Source: Anthoceros angustus (taxonomy: Eukaryota; Plantae; Anthocerotophyta). Taken from it: 64,000 bases of DNA. Positions 50,095 through 61,137 of this stretch are shown in pieces. The stretch is from positions 868,001 through 932,000 of the forward strand of contig MU008153.1 in NCBI GenBank assembly GCA_010909165.1. Reading direction: 5' to 3'. The notes under the pieces were generated by a model. That model ran no database searches. It saw only the letters and a program-made list of their open reading frames with translations, and was not told where the DNA came from. A program made the position numbers and the translations under genes. How positions within the stretch are numbered: position 1 is the stretch's first letter; every line of letters starts with the position of its first letter.

Positions 50095-51298
50095 TTCATA
50101 TATGTCCACATAAAGAGAAGTTTTGGAGTATATTATAGTAAATTTTGGTTGATAAAGGATTATCAATTCTTCAAATGATGAAACCCATTTATTTCAATCT
50201 ATCACGGAATAGCATATTACATCTATCTAATTTAAACTAATATAATATTCAATGTACGAAAAAAATATGAATCATATTACAAACAAATAAATTTAACAAT
50301 TTCTTGACCTAATGGGTGACGAGAATGGCTTGACATGCTTATTTTTCATATACCATAATTGAGTATTGATATTACCTTCTGTGACACTATATATATGAGG
50401 AATTTTTTTTCACATTGCATGTTTAAGCGATAATGCTAGAGTCATGGAACGTATTGATCATAAGACATTTGACATAATTGGGTAACAAGATTGGCTCCTA
50501 AAGAATTATAGCAACTTTCATTTACAATACCGAGTCCGTAGTAAAGCTGACTTGCCACATATGTTAAGCATTGTCTACAGCCGGCTATACTAGTATTAAT
50601 TTCACAGCTGGCTTTTATGGCAATGGTCCCTTCTACATTGTGTCCGGTAAAAACTTGAAATTGGTGTGGATTTGTTTGATGTGCCATATAATATTCAATA
50701 TTCATATATGTCCACATAAAGAGAAGTTTTGGAGTATATTATAGTAAAATTTTGGTTGATAAAGGATTATCAATTCTTCAAATGATGAAACCCATTATTT
50801 TCAATCTATCACGAATAGCATATTACATCTATCTAATTTTAAACTAATATAATATTCAATGTACGAAAAAATATGAATCATATTACAAACAAATAAATTT
50901 AACAATTTCTTGACCTAATGGGTGACGAGAATGGCTTGACATGCTTATTTTTCATATACCATAATTGAGTATTGATATTACCTTCTGTGACACTATATAT
51001 ATGAGGAATTTTTTTTCACATTGCATGTTTAAGCGATAATGCTAGAGTCATGGAACGTATTGATCATAAGACATTTGACATAATTGGGTAACAAGATTGG
51101 CTCCTAAAGAATTATAGCAACTTTCATTTACAATCTGAGTCCGTAGTAGTGACTTGCCACATATGTTAAGCATTGTCTGACCGGCTATACTAGTATTAAT
51201 TTCACAGCTGGCTTTTATGGCAATGGTCCCTTCTACATTGTGTCCGGTAAAAACTTGAAATTGGTGTGGATTTGTTTGATGTGCCATATAATATTCAA
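50095..51298. repeat. near-identical ~600-bp tandem duplication (50095-50698 / 50701-51298), possibly an assembly artefact
   Basis: The copies differ almost only by 1-3 bp indels; the duplication contains the 3' part of a Gnk2 gene. Confidence 0.9.
50442..50698 (-). pseudogene. 5'-less duplicate of the second Gnk2 gene, carrying the intact C-X8-C-X2-C
   Basis: YYMAHQTNPHQF..SCEINTSIAGCRQCLTYVASQLYYGLGIVNESCYNSLGA..LCQMSYDQYVP*; no signal peptide upstream. Confidence 0.75.
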
Positions 51299-51455
51299 CT
51301 GTCCCATATAGAGTTTTCCTAACTTGGTCATCGTAGATGACACCCGCTGCACCGCCTGGACGCTTACCATGACAATCATACGTAACATCTTGCCCAAGAA
51401 CACCCAAGCTAATACACCAAAGTAGGAGGAGCAAGGAGATTATTGTGCAAGCCAT
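51048..51455 (-). CDS. second secreted Gnk2/DUF26 protein; a compensated frameshift removes CxxC as written
   Basis: ATG at 51455, MACTIISLLLLLWCISLGVLG signal peptide; paralog of 47491-47943; -2/-3/-1 bp deletions relative to the 50442 copy scramble about 14 codons. Confidence 0.75.
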   Translation of the reverse strand: MACTIISLLLLLWCISLGVLGQDVTYDCHGKRPGGAAGVIYDDQVRKTLYGTVEYYMAHQTNPHQFQVFTGHNVEGTIAIKASCEINTSIAGQTMLNICGKSLLRTQIVNESCYNSLGANLVTQLCQMSYDQYVP

Positions 51456-51599
51456 AGTTTCAATAGTTTGATGCAAGGCTTGAGGTCTTGCACAAGTGTC
51501 TAAACTTTTAAAGTGCCTATGAGTATATATACCATGTTTGGAAGACTTAGTAGTACTTAATTTATCATTTTTTATAAATATATAATTTAAGTTTTGGCT

Positions 51600-51685
51600 C
51601 TCCAGAAAGTTGTTCCTCTTCGTCTCAAGATAAATGGGATTTCCCATCTCTTTTTTTATATAAAGTCTTCACGTTCTTCCATTTT
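51600..51685 (+). mobile_element. short 3'-UTR fragment of the RLE-LINE family upstream of the Gnk2 gene
   Basis: TTCCCATCTCTTTTTTTATATAAAGTCTTC resembles the 3' end at 37910-37935. Confidence 0.45.
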
Positions 51686-51864
51686 TGTGAACTCCCAATG
51701 GATTGAATATTCAAAGAACTTTTTGGACTAAAAATATTCTTTCATAGTCAACAAGAATATTATATATAAATACAAAGGTATTTTATAGATCATCCTCAAA
51801 AGAATATCAACTCCATATGACATAATCAAATCCAACTAGATGACCAAGATGTTTTAAATTCTAA

Positions 51865-53092
51865 TACCGTACCTTGAGGGGTAATTCGGCATTAATTAAT
51901 TAAAATTAGTAAAATTTAAAAATCCAAAATTATTATACTTAAAATACAGAATATGTAAAAAATTATGAATTTGAGATGCCCAAAACAAGGAAACTAGGGC
52001 TTGTGTGGAAAATTAGGGCCTGTTTAGGGGAGGTCTATACATATCCATTATTTCTATATAGATACCTTTATATTTAAATAAATTTTAAATTTTAATAAAT
52101 TTATTTTCATAAATAGTTTAAAATTGAAAATATAAATATTCATTTAAATTATTAATATAATTATTATAATTAAATATTATTATAATTAAAAATTATTATA
52201 ATTATTTCGGCATTATCCTGTTGAACCTATGGCATACCAAAGAGGACAGAGGGGACAGGGCTTTGTTTTTCACGCGCAAAACTTTTGTTCACACCACATG
52301 TCGTTTTGGTAACCCGACCGAAATGGGGTAGCCCAAAGTGGACGCACCAAAGCGGCCACTTCGCGCTCACCGGTACACAAAAAGGGAATTTATTTTTTTT
52401 CACCCCACTCATTGTGATCTTTTCGCGCGCGCTCTCTTCCACTTTAGGGTGCGCTAGGTGGCTTAGGCTTAGGCAAGCCACCTGCCCGTTTTTAGGGTTC
52501 ATCTCTTAGGAGGGTGGAGCAGGGTTTAGGGAAGGGGCGAGGAACACCGGCTTGGCTTGGCTGGGCGGCCTTTGCTGGGGCAATCGTGAGGCGGTGCAGG
52601 CGGGGTGAAGGAGGGGAATTGAGGCAAATGCAGGCCGTGCCGGCGGCTGCGGCCGTCATTGCCTTGCAAGACCATGGCCGGGGCTGAGGTAGGGTTTGGC
52701 AACCAGATTGGTGCAGCCGGTGCGGAAGGCGGGTTAGGGTTTGGCGGGCATGGGATAGCATCGAAGAAAACTTAATCGCAGAAGGAAGTGTGGAAATCTT
52801 GAAAACATAGTGTCCCGACTCTTTGTTTTCAAAGTTGGAAGGACAAAAAATTTGAAGCCAAACTTCGGGTTTCGAGGAGGAAAAGTGTGTGTCCCCTTTG
52901 GTGCTTGGCCGCTCTTGGTTAAGGCGCCAAAGCGGACATAACACCATGTGCTGCGAGAAAACAATCCGTACTGGAATCTAGGGTATATTCCTGTAGATGC
53001 CTACGCCTTGCGTGCGTTTCGCGAGAAAAAAAGAGCCCCATCCCGTCTATCCTCTTTGATATGCCATATGAACCACCCCTCGAGGTACGGTA
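51865..53092 (+). mobile_element. MITE family A copy 3, interrupted by a nested TIR element
   Basis: Starts TACCGTACCTTGAGGGG, matches copy 1 up to ATCCTGTTGAACC (52227) and resumes TGAACCACCCCTCGAGGTACGGTA at 53069-53092. Confidence 0.88.
52228..53068. mobile_element. 841-bp non-autonomous TIR element with a 6-bp TSD
   Basis: ~28-bp imperfect TIRs TATGGCATACCAAAGAGGACAGAGGGGA / TCCCGTCTATCCTCTTTGATATGCCATA; TSD TGAACC at 52222-52227 and 53069-53074; the empty site is present in MITE copy 1. Confidence 0.88.
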
Positions 53093-53185
53093 CTAATTTT
53101 TAGAGTCATTGTAAGAAAAACTAGATAATTTTAAAAATAAATACCACTTAATCCCATCATATGCCTAGTTATCCATAAGTAACTA

Positions 53186-53450
53186 TTGGAGCCGATGCAG
53201 CAATGTATGGCAGCCCTTATTCTCGGGCAAAGGTAAAGGTGGGGAGTTTTAGTGGGTGAGGGAGTTCTTCCCAAGTCTCACATAACCTGCGATGGTATCT
53301 AGGCACGTACTCAGATGACCTCGGAAAGAGTAAAGTCTCTTCCTGTTGGGATGATACGATGATGTGTAACATAGGGGAATCAGAACCCTTGCTGAAGATT
53401 TCTCCCCCGGGGTTGTTTTGATTTATTTTTAAAATACCAAATTAAAAAAA
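53186..53450 (+). mobile_element. poly(A)-tailed non-LTR insertion, family B (longer copy)
   Basis: 15-bp TSD ATCCATAAGTAACTA at 53171-53185 and 53451-53465; A-rich tail; homologous to 35659-35795. Confidence 0.85.
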
Positions 53451-53541
53451 ATCCATAAGTAACTAACCCTTTGACTGGAAGGCGGGCAATAAATATAAAT
53501 CGTGGATTGTAAAGTACATGAAAACATCTGGAGTCTAGTTA

Positions 53542-55937
53542 TCAGTATGGTCGATACTCAGGTGGTTGCACTTCTTCCACAGCTGTGCGAGGTGGATCAG
53601 AAACGGAAGTCCAGCTTAGTGTTGGAGTCGAGTTCCAAGACGACGAGGCTGCAGGAGAGTGAGCGGGAGGAGCGACCTTGCGATTACAGCTCTCACAAGT
53701 TGCAATTAGGTCAATGGCCTCCTCAATCATCCGTAGAACTTCACACATATTTGGCCGATTTTTGCTATACCGTTGGCAGCACAGGATAGCGCAATGGATA
53801 ATCTTTGTCACAGATTTGCGGCTATAGGTGCCTCGCAGTCTTGGGTCTGTGACGGCCTCACACCCTTGAGTAGGATAGAGGGAGTTGAACCAGGGAAGAA
53901 CCTGCAGGGCAATTAGTTGAAGTTGGGTGGTGCTCAAAATAAATAAGCTCGGAATGTGACTTGCAAGTTTGGAGACAGAGAGTCTAAGTACCTCCCATTC
54001 GTGCTCTGCCTTGGTGAGATCAACTGCTCGTCGTCCAGTGACGAGCTCGAGTAGAACAATGCCGAAGCTGTACACGTCGCTCTTGTGAGTCAGCTGTCGG
54101 CTGACATGGTAGAGTGGATCTACATAGCCTCTGGTGCCCTTCACTCCTGTTGTGAGATGTAGTTTGTCATCGGGAACCACTGTGGAGATGCCAAAGTCTC
54201 CCACTTTCGCCCTGAGATCTGCGTCCAGGAGTATGTTGCTTGGCTTGAGATCCCGATGGATGACACTGATCTTCGTTTCTGTCTGTTCACGAATGAGGAT
54301 GAGAGCAGGACATCAGAGCTGCTGTGAGCATTCAAGGCCTATTTGAACAAGCTGGACAGCAAGGGCTACGCTTACCCTTCTGGACATCCTGTTGTCTCGG
54401 ACTCCCTTTACTGAAGGTTCAGATCTCTGCTTGAACGGAAAACACACGTCAGACTCTAGTAGCCAGATCAAAGGTAATGAAGCTTGGAAACAGAACACTG
54501 GCCTCAGAAAAACATTACTCCGCAGTGTAGATAAACCACTGCTCGAGCAGCATCATGGGCAATTCTCAATCTATCTGCCCAGCTTAGCACAGTGACCTCA
54601 GAAACTGGGCCATACAAATGATCAGCCAGTGTCCCATTCGGCATGTACTCATAGACCAGCATCACCTTGTTGGAGGCACTGTCGGCATTGCAATAGCCCA
54701 GTAGCTTCACCAAACGCCTGCATTTGCAAGCCACGAGTCACCGACCCAAAATGATACGGTTCAAGAAGGCCTTCAGTAAGAACATCTTGCCTCCACAACA
54801 ATAACTTGGACGGACTCCTGATATTCCAGAAACGGTCGATGCTTACCGGTGATGAAGAGCAGACAGGATCTCTATCTCCTTCAGCATCTCCTTCATCCCA
54901 CCTTCTTTAGTTGTCGGTATACCTCGCTTGACGGCTATGAGCGTCCCAGATGGCAGCGTCCCTTTGAAAACCTCCCCAAATCCTCCGGCCCCAATTTTTG
55001 TGGTAAACTTGTTTGTTGCATGCTCTAAGTCTTTGTAGGCAAACACCCTCAGTGGTCGATGGAAAGAAACCTTGCAATTGGGGCACTTGTGCCGACTCCC
55101 ACTAGGCTGAGTGCAACAGTTCAGATAAGGGACCAAGAATCTGTGACCACAAGCGCACTTTTGTTTGTGGAAGAGAAACATGCCCAGTACAGACATCACC
55201 ATCAACGAGCCTCCAAACAAAGTCGCCCTCCGACGAAACCTCGCCAAGCCTTCTGTCCTCGATGCCACGTATGGATATACATCATTCAGCAAACTAGACG
55301 TCAATTGCCGCCGACCTGGAAACGTTCCTACTGGAAACGGTTTTGGCACACCACCATCTTCAGATCTGCCTGTGACCTGAAGTTCTATGTCAATGGCAGC
55401 TTCTGGTGTTCTGTCCAGGCTATCTTTCGAGCTCTCTGTATGATAGGTTCTCCCTCCAGGATCATGGGTAAGCTTCCTCGAATGACTCCTTGATATCTGC
55501 CCTTGCCGTGCTGCCGGTTGCATGTGGCTTCTGTCTGCGAACCTCTCCTGCTTTCCTGTCCATGTGCTGCCACCTTTCAGCAAAGGCTGAGTCCCCCCTC
55601 CCCCTTGTCGACAGTCTCCAGACGTGACTTCTCCATATCCCAAATGCTTCCTGCCGGAGCTACCCTTCCACAAATCTGTGTCAGCTTCCTTCCTAAACAA
55701 AACAAAGTCAGGGTGGTCAGGGCCAGCCTGAGCTTCAAAACGCTCTGCAGTGACCTGCCAAACAGTCCCAGTCTGCTTTGAGTATCTGAGGAACCCAAGC
55801 TCCCTGATAGCAGAAACAGACACACTCCTGTTCGATGCTACGAGAGAGCAGACAGTGGACTTGCTCACCAAAGCACGTATGACAGCAATATGCAGAAGGG
55901 CAGCCAGAAATATGATTGCCACTCTCCATCTTCGCAT
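53542..55937 (-). CDS. receptor-like Ser/Thr kinase (RLK/Pelle, RD type) with an unrecognised ectodomain, 4 exons
   Basis: Exons 55937-54847, 54717-54519, 54282-53992, 53901-53542. Signal peptide MRRWRVAIIFLAALLHIAVIRA; TM ATLFGGSLMVMSVLGMFLF; GAGGFGEV, AVK, LVYEYMPNG, HRDLKPSN, DFG, GTRGYVDP, SDVYSFG, RPNM all intact. Confidence 0.92.
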
Positions 55938-58430
55938 TCTTCTTTCCTCGGGCGATCTTCCAGATCCGGAACACTTAAACTGCCTGTCGAAAGGATCAAT
56001 CTCGCATCTCCAGCCTTATTCCATCTCTCTCGTTACTGCCACAAAAACATCAATATCTTCCAGCAGCAATCACCATGCCCCCTGCAATCCATCACCACCT
56101 GCAAGCAGGTGGCCGCGTCACCGGCTGCTGGGCTCGTGGGGGAAAGGGCTAGGCCGACCCATTTTAAGCCCTATTTGTCCCATGTCCAGGCTCTCTCGCT
56201 GGACATCATCGTAATGCCCGCCTGCTCCATTGGCGGTTCTCACAGCCTGGCCCCCATCCCACCACATCATCAGCCGTATTAGGACTAACTCCACCAAAAG
56301 GACAGACAACGCAGCTCGACCTGGCAGATTCATCTCCATCTCACTACTTGTCCCATCCGGGGAATAGCGTGCAGCTGTGCCGACCGAGGGTGCCTTAGCC
56401 TTGTCCCCATTATGGCCACTACGGGAGTGACATACACAAGGCAGCAGATGCGGCTTAGCACAATTCTGTGAGGTTGAGTAGATTCTTGGCTTACCAGAAA
56501 GCGATGCGCGTAGCCTGCATGGTTTTACTTTGAGGCAGGGTGAGCAACACCGTTACACCGATGGTGACAGGTGATCGGCACAGACAATGAAACTGGCGCT
56601 GTGCTCCATGCCACACGCCTCTTCATGCTCTGGACAGCAACTGCCTCACCAGCAGCCCACCGCCCATTTGTAGCCTGGAAGAAGCAACCTTCCCAATCCT
56701 GCTTCCATCTACCTCCCTTTCTCCCGGTTACGATTGTACAGTCATAGCACCCACCAAGTGACAAGCCTCCTCCTCCACGACCACATGTTGAAACACGAAA
56801 TTCTCCTCCAGGACACTGTCAGTACAATGGTCGGAGTTGACCTGCTATCTGTGGCAACGGGAAGCGGGAGCTGGAAGGGGACCCAGCTGCTTCTCAACAA
56901 CCCGGACATGAAGTTCTTGGGACTTTTGTTTGGCGCACCTGCAGGAGCAGCTCTCTGGGTCGGGATGTCAGTGGTCTCGCAGCAGACGGCACCTGCCGTT
57001 TGTTGTGAGCAGTTGTCACCCGTCAGCAGCCTGACATGAGTTCCACCCTCCTGCTTTCCTCTTTGCTCTCACAGTATTCTGTCCACACACATTACTGGAG
57101 TTGTTAGCCCGGAGTCCTTCATTACAATTCCCGCAGCCTAACATTCTGCAGTGCTGGCATGGGATCCACGGCAGACTTCCATATCTTGAGTGAATGCATT
57201 GCTACTGGAGGAGATTGCATCTGCTATGCGTCCCGTCACTCTGCTTCCTGTAATGCAGTAGTTCGAGTTGGAGGAGGAGGTGTTCCACGGACTGCTGCAG
57301 CCCTGCTTGAGTAACATTAAGACATGGGCAGCCTATGCTTGCCGATGACTCTTCAGACTTTCCATTGTGCTGCCAAACCCCCTGAACTTCCAGACTTTAA
57401 CATGAAACTGGATGACAAACTGAGATGGATGCATTTGCATCGTCCCTTTTTCACCAAGACCAACAGTTTTCCTGCGCGACACCCATTCATCAATCCCAAT
57501 TCTGTTCGAATCCACCCATCACATAATGCAAGGATGTCCGCGCATGGATCCTGAACAACAAAACCAGCATTACCAATCACAGAAGGGAATCTCCCTTCCC
57601 TTGATTAATGGGCGATAATCATGGACAACGAAATGACAAAACCAGTACACACTCAAGTGACAGTACGTGAAGAGACAGCTGATGCCTCCCCAGACAGCTG
57701 AAGTCCCGGAGACCTTTCCGCCGGGAGAAATTTTGGCACACAAGTATGGTGACGTTGACTTCACCACGCGCCTTCCAATGCCTGCCAGCGTCCCGAGCCT
57801 GAACAGCCTGGCACTGGCAGCCCATTCAATCATATCATGCCACGTGTTACAAGCATGCGTTTCGCAACAATGCGGCGGATGTGACCCATCTCAACCGGGG
57901 AGGACAAAGCGACAAAGCAAGGAGACACAGAGACTGACTAGAGTTTGCTGAGAACAAAAGAATCGATGCAGCACGCCAGTGGCCAGCACACGCGGATAAC
58001 AGAAGTGCCACACAAATGGCAGCTGCCTACTTGTACCACGCTGCCGCATACCAGCAGGCAGCATCTCTCCTGTAAGCAAATTACTAGGCAACAATCACAC
58101 ATTCGTTGCTTGCGGAATGTGAAAGAACCTACTAAGAAACAATCCTCTTCCATTTCATCCTTTCCATCCTTGATCAACTGACTTTAAACTCTACGCTGAC
58201 ACTAGTAGGGGAGGAGGACGAGATCAACTACTTCGGCACCGCTTTCGGTGCACCTACTGTTAAATTAACAAAAGCACACAAGAAGATGCGCGCAGGCCAA
58301 AGAACACGGATAGCTATCCTAGAAGGTGCAGAGTCTGTCAAGTCAGTAAGTTCAGCTAAGCAATGGGGAAGGGACATATGTACGCTGGAAAGGGAGTAAA
58401 AGGGAAAGAGGTGGTTTGAAAGCAGAAGTC

Positions 58431-60077
58431 CTAAACTCTGCTCCTCAGCTCCTTCCTCAAGATCTTGCCAGAGGCAGACTTTGGCACAACGTCGATGAAG
58501 TGCACATGGTGAATCTTCTTGTAAAAAACCACCTCCTTGGCGACGTACTCCTTGAGGGCCTGCTCTGTGACGTCGGATCCCTCTTTCCGCACAACAAACG
58601 CCACTGGGACTTCCCCGGCTGCCTCATCCTTCTTCGACACAACAGCAGCGTCAGTCACATCCGGGTGAGCCAGCAGCAAAGCCTCCAACTCCGCAGGGGG
58701 CACCTGGAAACCTTTGAACTTGATGATCTCTTTTACCCGGTCCACAATGAAAATCTCACCATCCGAGTCCACCACACCAATGTCACCTGTATGCAACCAG
58801 CCGTGGTTGTCAATAGTATTCGCAGTAGCCTCCGGGTTGTTGAAGTATCCCTTCATGATCTGCGGCCCACGGATACAAATCTCCCCAGCCTCGCCAACCG
58901 GCAAGCTCACTCCGCTTTCGGGATCCACGACCTTCAACTCGGCATTCCTCATCACCATTCCGACCGACCCCGACTTCATCTGCTTCGGCTCCTTCGAGAA
59001 GGCCAGACTCATAGCCAACACCGGCCCCGCCTCCGTCATCCCGTACCCCTGCCCTACTGTCGCCTGAGGCAGCTTCAACCGGAGCGCATCCTCCAACTCC
59101 TTTCCGAGCGGGGCCGCACCAGACAGCACCCTGGTGATGCTGCTCAAATCATATTTCTCCACAATAGGACTCTTGCTGATGGCCAACACGATAGGCGGCA
59201 CCACAGGCGCCACGCTAATCTTATACTTCTCCACCAACCTCAACAAGCTCTCAATCTCAAACTTCTGCATAATCAACAGCGCCGCTCCGGCACGCAGCCC
59301 GCACAGCATCACAGAATTCAAGGAATAGATGTGAAACATAGGAAGCAGGCACAGCATCACATCGTCTGTGGTCAGATGCAGGTGAGGACAGTCTCCATCC
59401 ACCTGCTGCGCCACGCTCGAGATCAGGCTCTTGTGCGTCAACATCACACCTTTCGGGAGCCCGGTCGTGCCAGAGCTGTACGGCAAGCATACAACGGACT
59501 CCGGATCAACATCCACCGGGGTAAACTTGCTCTCATCCGCCTCCAACAGCAAACCGGCGCTCTCACAGCCTTCCGGGGGGGCATCGATCGTCAAAACCTT
59601 CGCTCCCAGCCCGGCCACCTTCCCGGCCCAGGCGCTCTGCGTGACAATGATCTTGGCTCCTGCTGCCTTGATCTGGTTCGCCAGCTCCCCGGCCGTATAG
59701 AACGGATTGGCCGTGGTCACCACAGCCCCCCGCAGCGCCACACCGAGAAAAATCAGCGCAAATTCGCAAGTATTCGGCAGCAACAAGCACACAATCTCCC
59801 CCTTCCCGACTCCCAGGGCCACCAGCCCGGCGGCCACCCGCCTCGACACCACCTCCACCTCGCTGTAGCTGTAGGTCTTCCCCGTTGGCCCGTCGATCAG
59901 ACACGGCTTGTCCCCGTACTGCTGCGCATTCTGGAGGGAGTAATGCGCAAGATTGAGAGTGAAGGGGATGTCAATGTCGGGCAAGTTGGAGCGGAAAATA
60001 TGCTCCCCGGCCTCCATCTCCGCGGGCATGCTCAGCGGCACAGCCGCCGGCTGAGGAGGTGCAAGAATCGGCGCCAT
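58431..60077 (-). CDS. 4CL: 4-coumarate:CoA ligase, intronless, 548 aa
   Basis: Box [22 protein letters not shown], Box [48 protein letters not shown]. The first ATG is 60077; the track start at 60095 is GTG. Confidence 0.95.
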   Translation of the reverse strand: MAPILAPPQPAAVPLSMPAEMEAGEHIFRSNLPDIDIPFTLNLAHYSLQNAQQYGDKPCLIDGPTGKTYSYSEVEVVSRRVAAGLVALGVGKGEIVCLLLPNTCEFALIFLGVALRGAVVTTANPFYTAGELANQIKAAGAKIIVTQSAWAGKVAGLGAKVLTIDAPPEGCESAGLLLEADESKFTPVDVDPESVVCLPYSSGTTGLPKGVMLTHKSLISSVAQQVDGDCPHLHLTTDDVMLCLLPMFHIYSLNSVMLCGLRAGAALLIMQKFEIESLLRLVEKYKISVAPVVPPIVLAISKSPIVEKYDLSSITRVLSGAAPLGKELEDALRLKLPQATVGQGYGMTEAGPVLAMSLAFSKEPKQMKSGSVGMVMRNAELKVVDPESGVSLPVGEAGEICIRGPQIMKGYFNNPEATANTIDNHGWLHTGDIGVVDSDGEIFIVDRVKEIIKFKGFQVPPAELEALLLAHPDVTDAAVVSKKDEAAGEVPVAFVVRKEGSDVTEQALKEYVAKEVVFYKKIHHVHFIDVVPKSASGKILRKELRSRV

Positions 60078-60960
60078 CTCCTTCCTCCTCCTCACGCGAA
60101 TCCTTCAGACTGCAGCTGCGGCTCAGACCGAGAACTCCACGCCTCCCCGCGATCGCGCGCACCGGCTTCACCTTCCTCGGAGCAACCCCGGATGCGAATA
60201 TGCAGGGCGCAGGGAGGGAAAGCAGAGGAGCTCGCCTTCAGAGCGACCCCGCGGGTCCTCTATGAACTACGTGGCTATGGCTGGAGTCCGACTTCGCTCG
60301 GCCTGCCCGCGCAATAAGAGAGGAGCGAAGGGAGAGGAGAGAGAAGGCGCGACCGGGCTCAGCCTCAGACGCAGGCTGGAAATTATTGCAACTGACTGGC
60401 GCCTCGGCGGAGCACGTCACTGCGTGTCTGAACCAGGGACCAGCGTCCCCGTCCCTCGGTGCATAGTACATACTGCTGCCATCTCGGATCTCGGGCCAGG
60501 ACGCAACCGCAACTTTGGGTTTATACCCAACTACATATGCGCAACGTCAAGCGCCAATTATTGTTACTCTACGTTCCAACTTACTATCGAGGCTTGACAT
60601 ACGAGGTTTTCAATCGTAGGTTATTCAGATATTATATGATAAGTAATTTTATCTTTGGTAAAAAAATAACTAGTCTTTGAGCAGCTTAAGAACCTGGATG
60701 ACCGAGATCTAGATATATAAGATATTTATTGAGTTGAGTTCAAAAGTTTACATAAAAGATTCAACCTATTATATATAGAATAATATTACATTTATTAATA
60801 TTTATTTTATAGACATAAGTTATCATAATATTAACATATTATTATAATATAATAATTTATATCAGACAGAGTTTGTACAAAATCTTCATATATATATTCA
60901 CCTAACCTTTGCAAGACAACTCATATTTTATGTACACAAGTCCCATATATGAATGGCTGG

Positions 60961-61128
60961 TCTTCCAAGGACGACTTGTCGACTTGCCCAGCCATTCTTC
61001 CAAGGACGACTTGTCGACTTGCCCAGCCATTCTTCCAAGGACGACTTGTCGACTTGCCCAGCCATTCTTACAAGGACGACTTGTCGACTTGCCCAGCCAT
61101 TCTTCCAAGGACGACTTGTCGACTTGCC
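60961..61128. repeat. 35-bp minisatellite, about 4.8 copies
   Basis: TCTTCCAAGGACGACTTGTCGACTTGCCCAGCCAT at 60961, 60996, 61031, 61066 and 61101. Confidence 0.92.
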
Positions 61129-61137
61129 GTTGTCGGA

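Noticed and set aside
54313-54498. Kinase-like helix (RRVSVALAVQLVQIGLECS) inside RLK intron 2 as an alternative exon
   Set aside because: The RLK splices completely without it, it ends in a stop, and the resemblance is too short.
58416-60317. 633-aa plus-strand ORF
   Set aside because: Antisense shadow of the GC-rich 4CL coding sequence, with no independent motifs.
60961-61128. 35-bp array as a CRISPR
   Set aside because: Units are contiguous with no unique spacers, there are no cas genes, and the context is eukaryotic.
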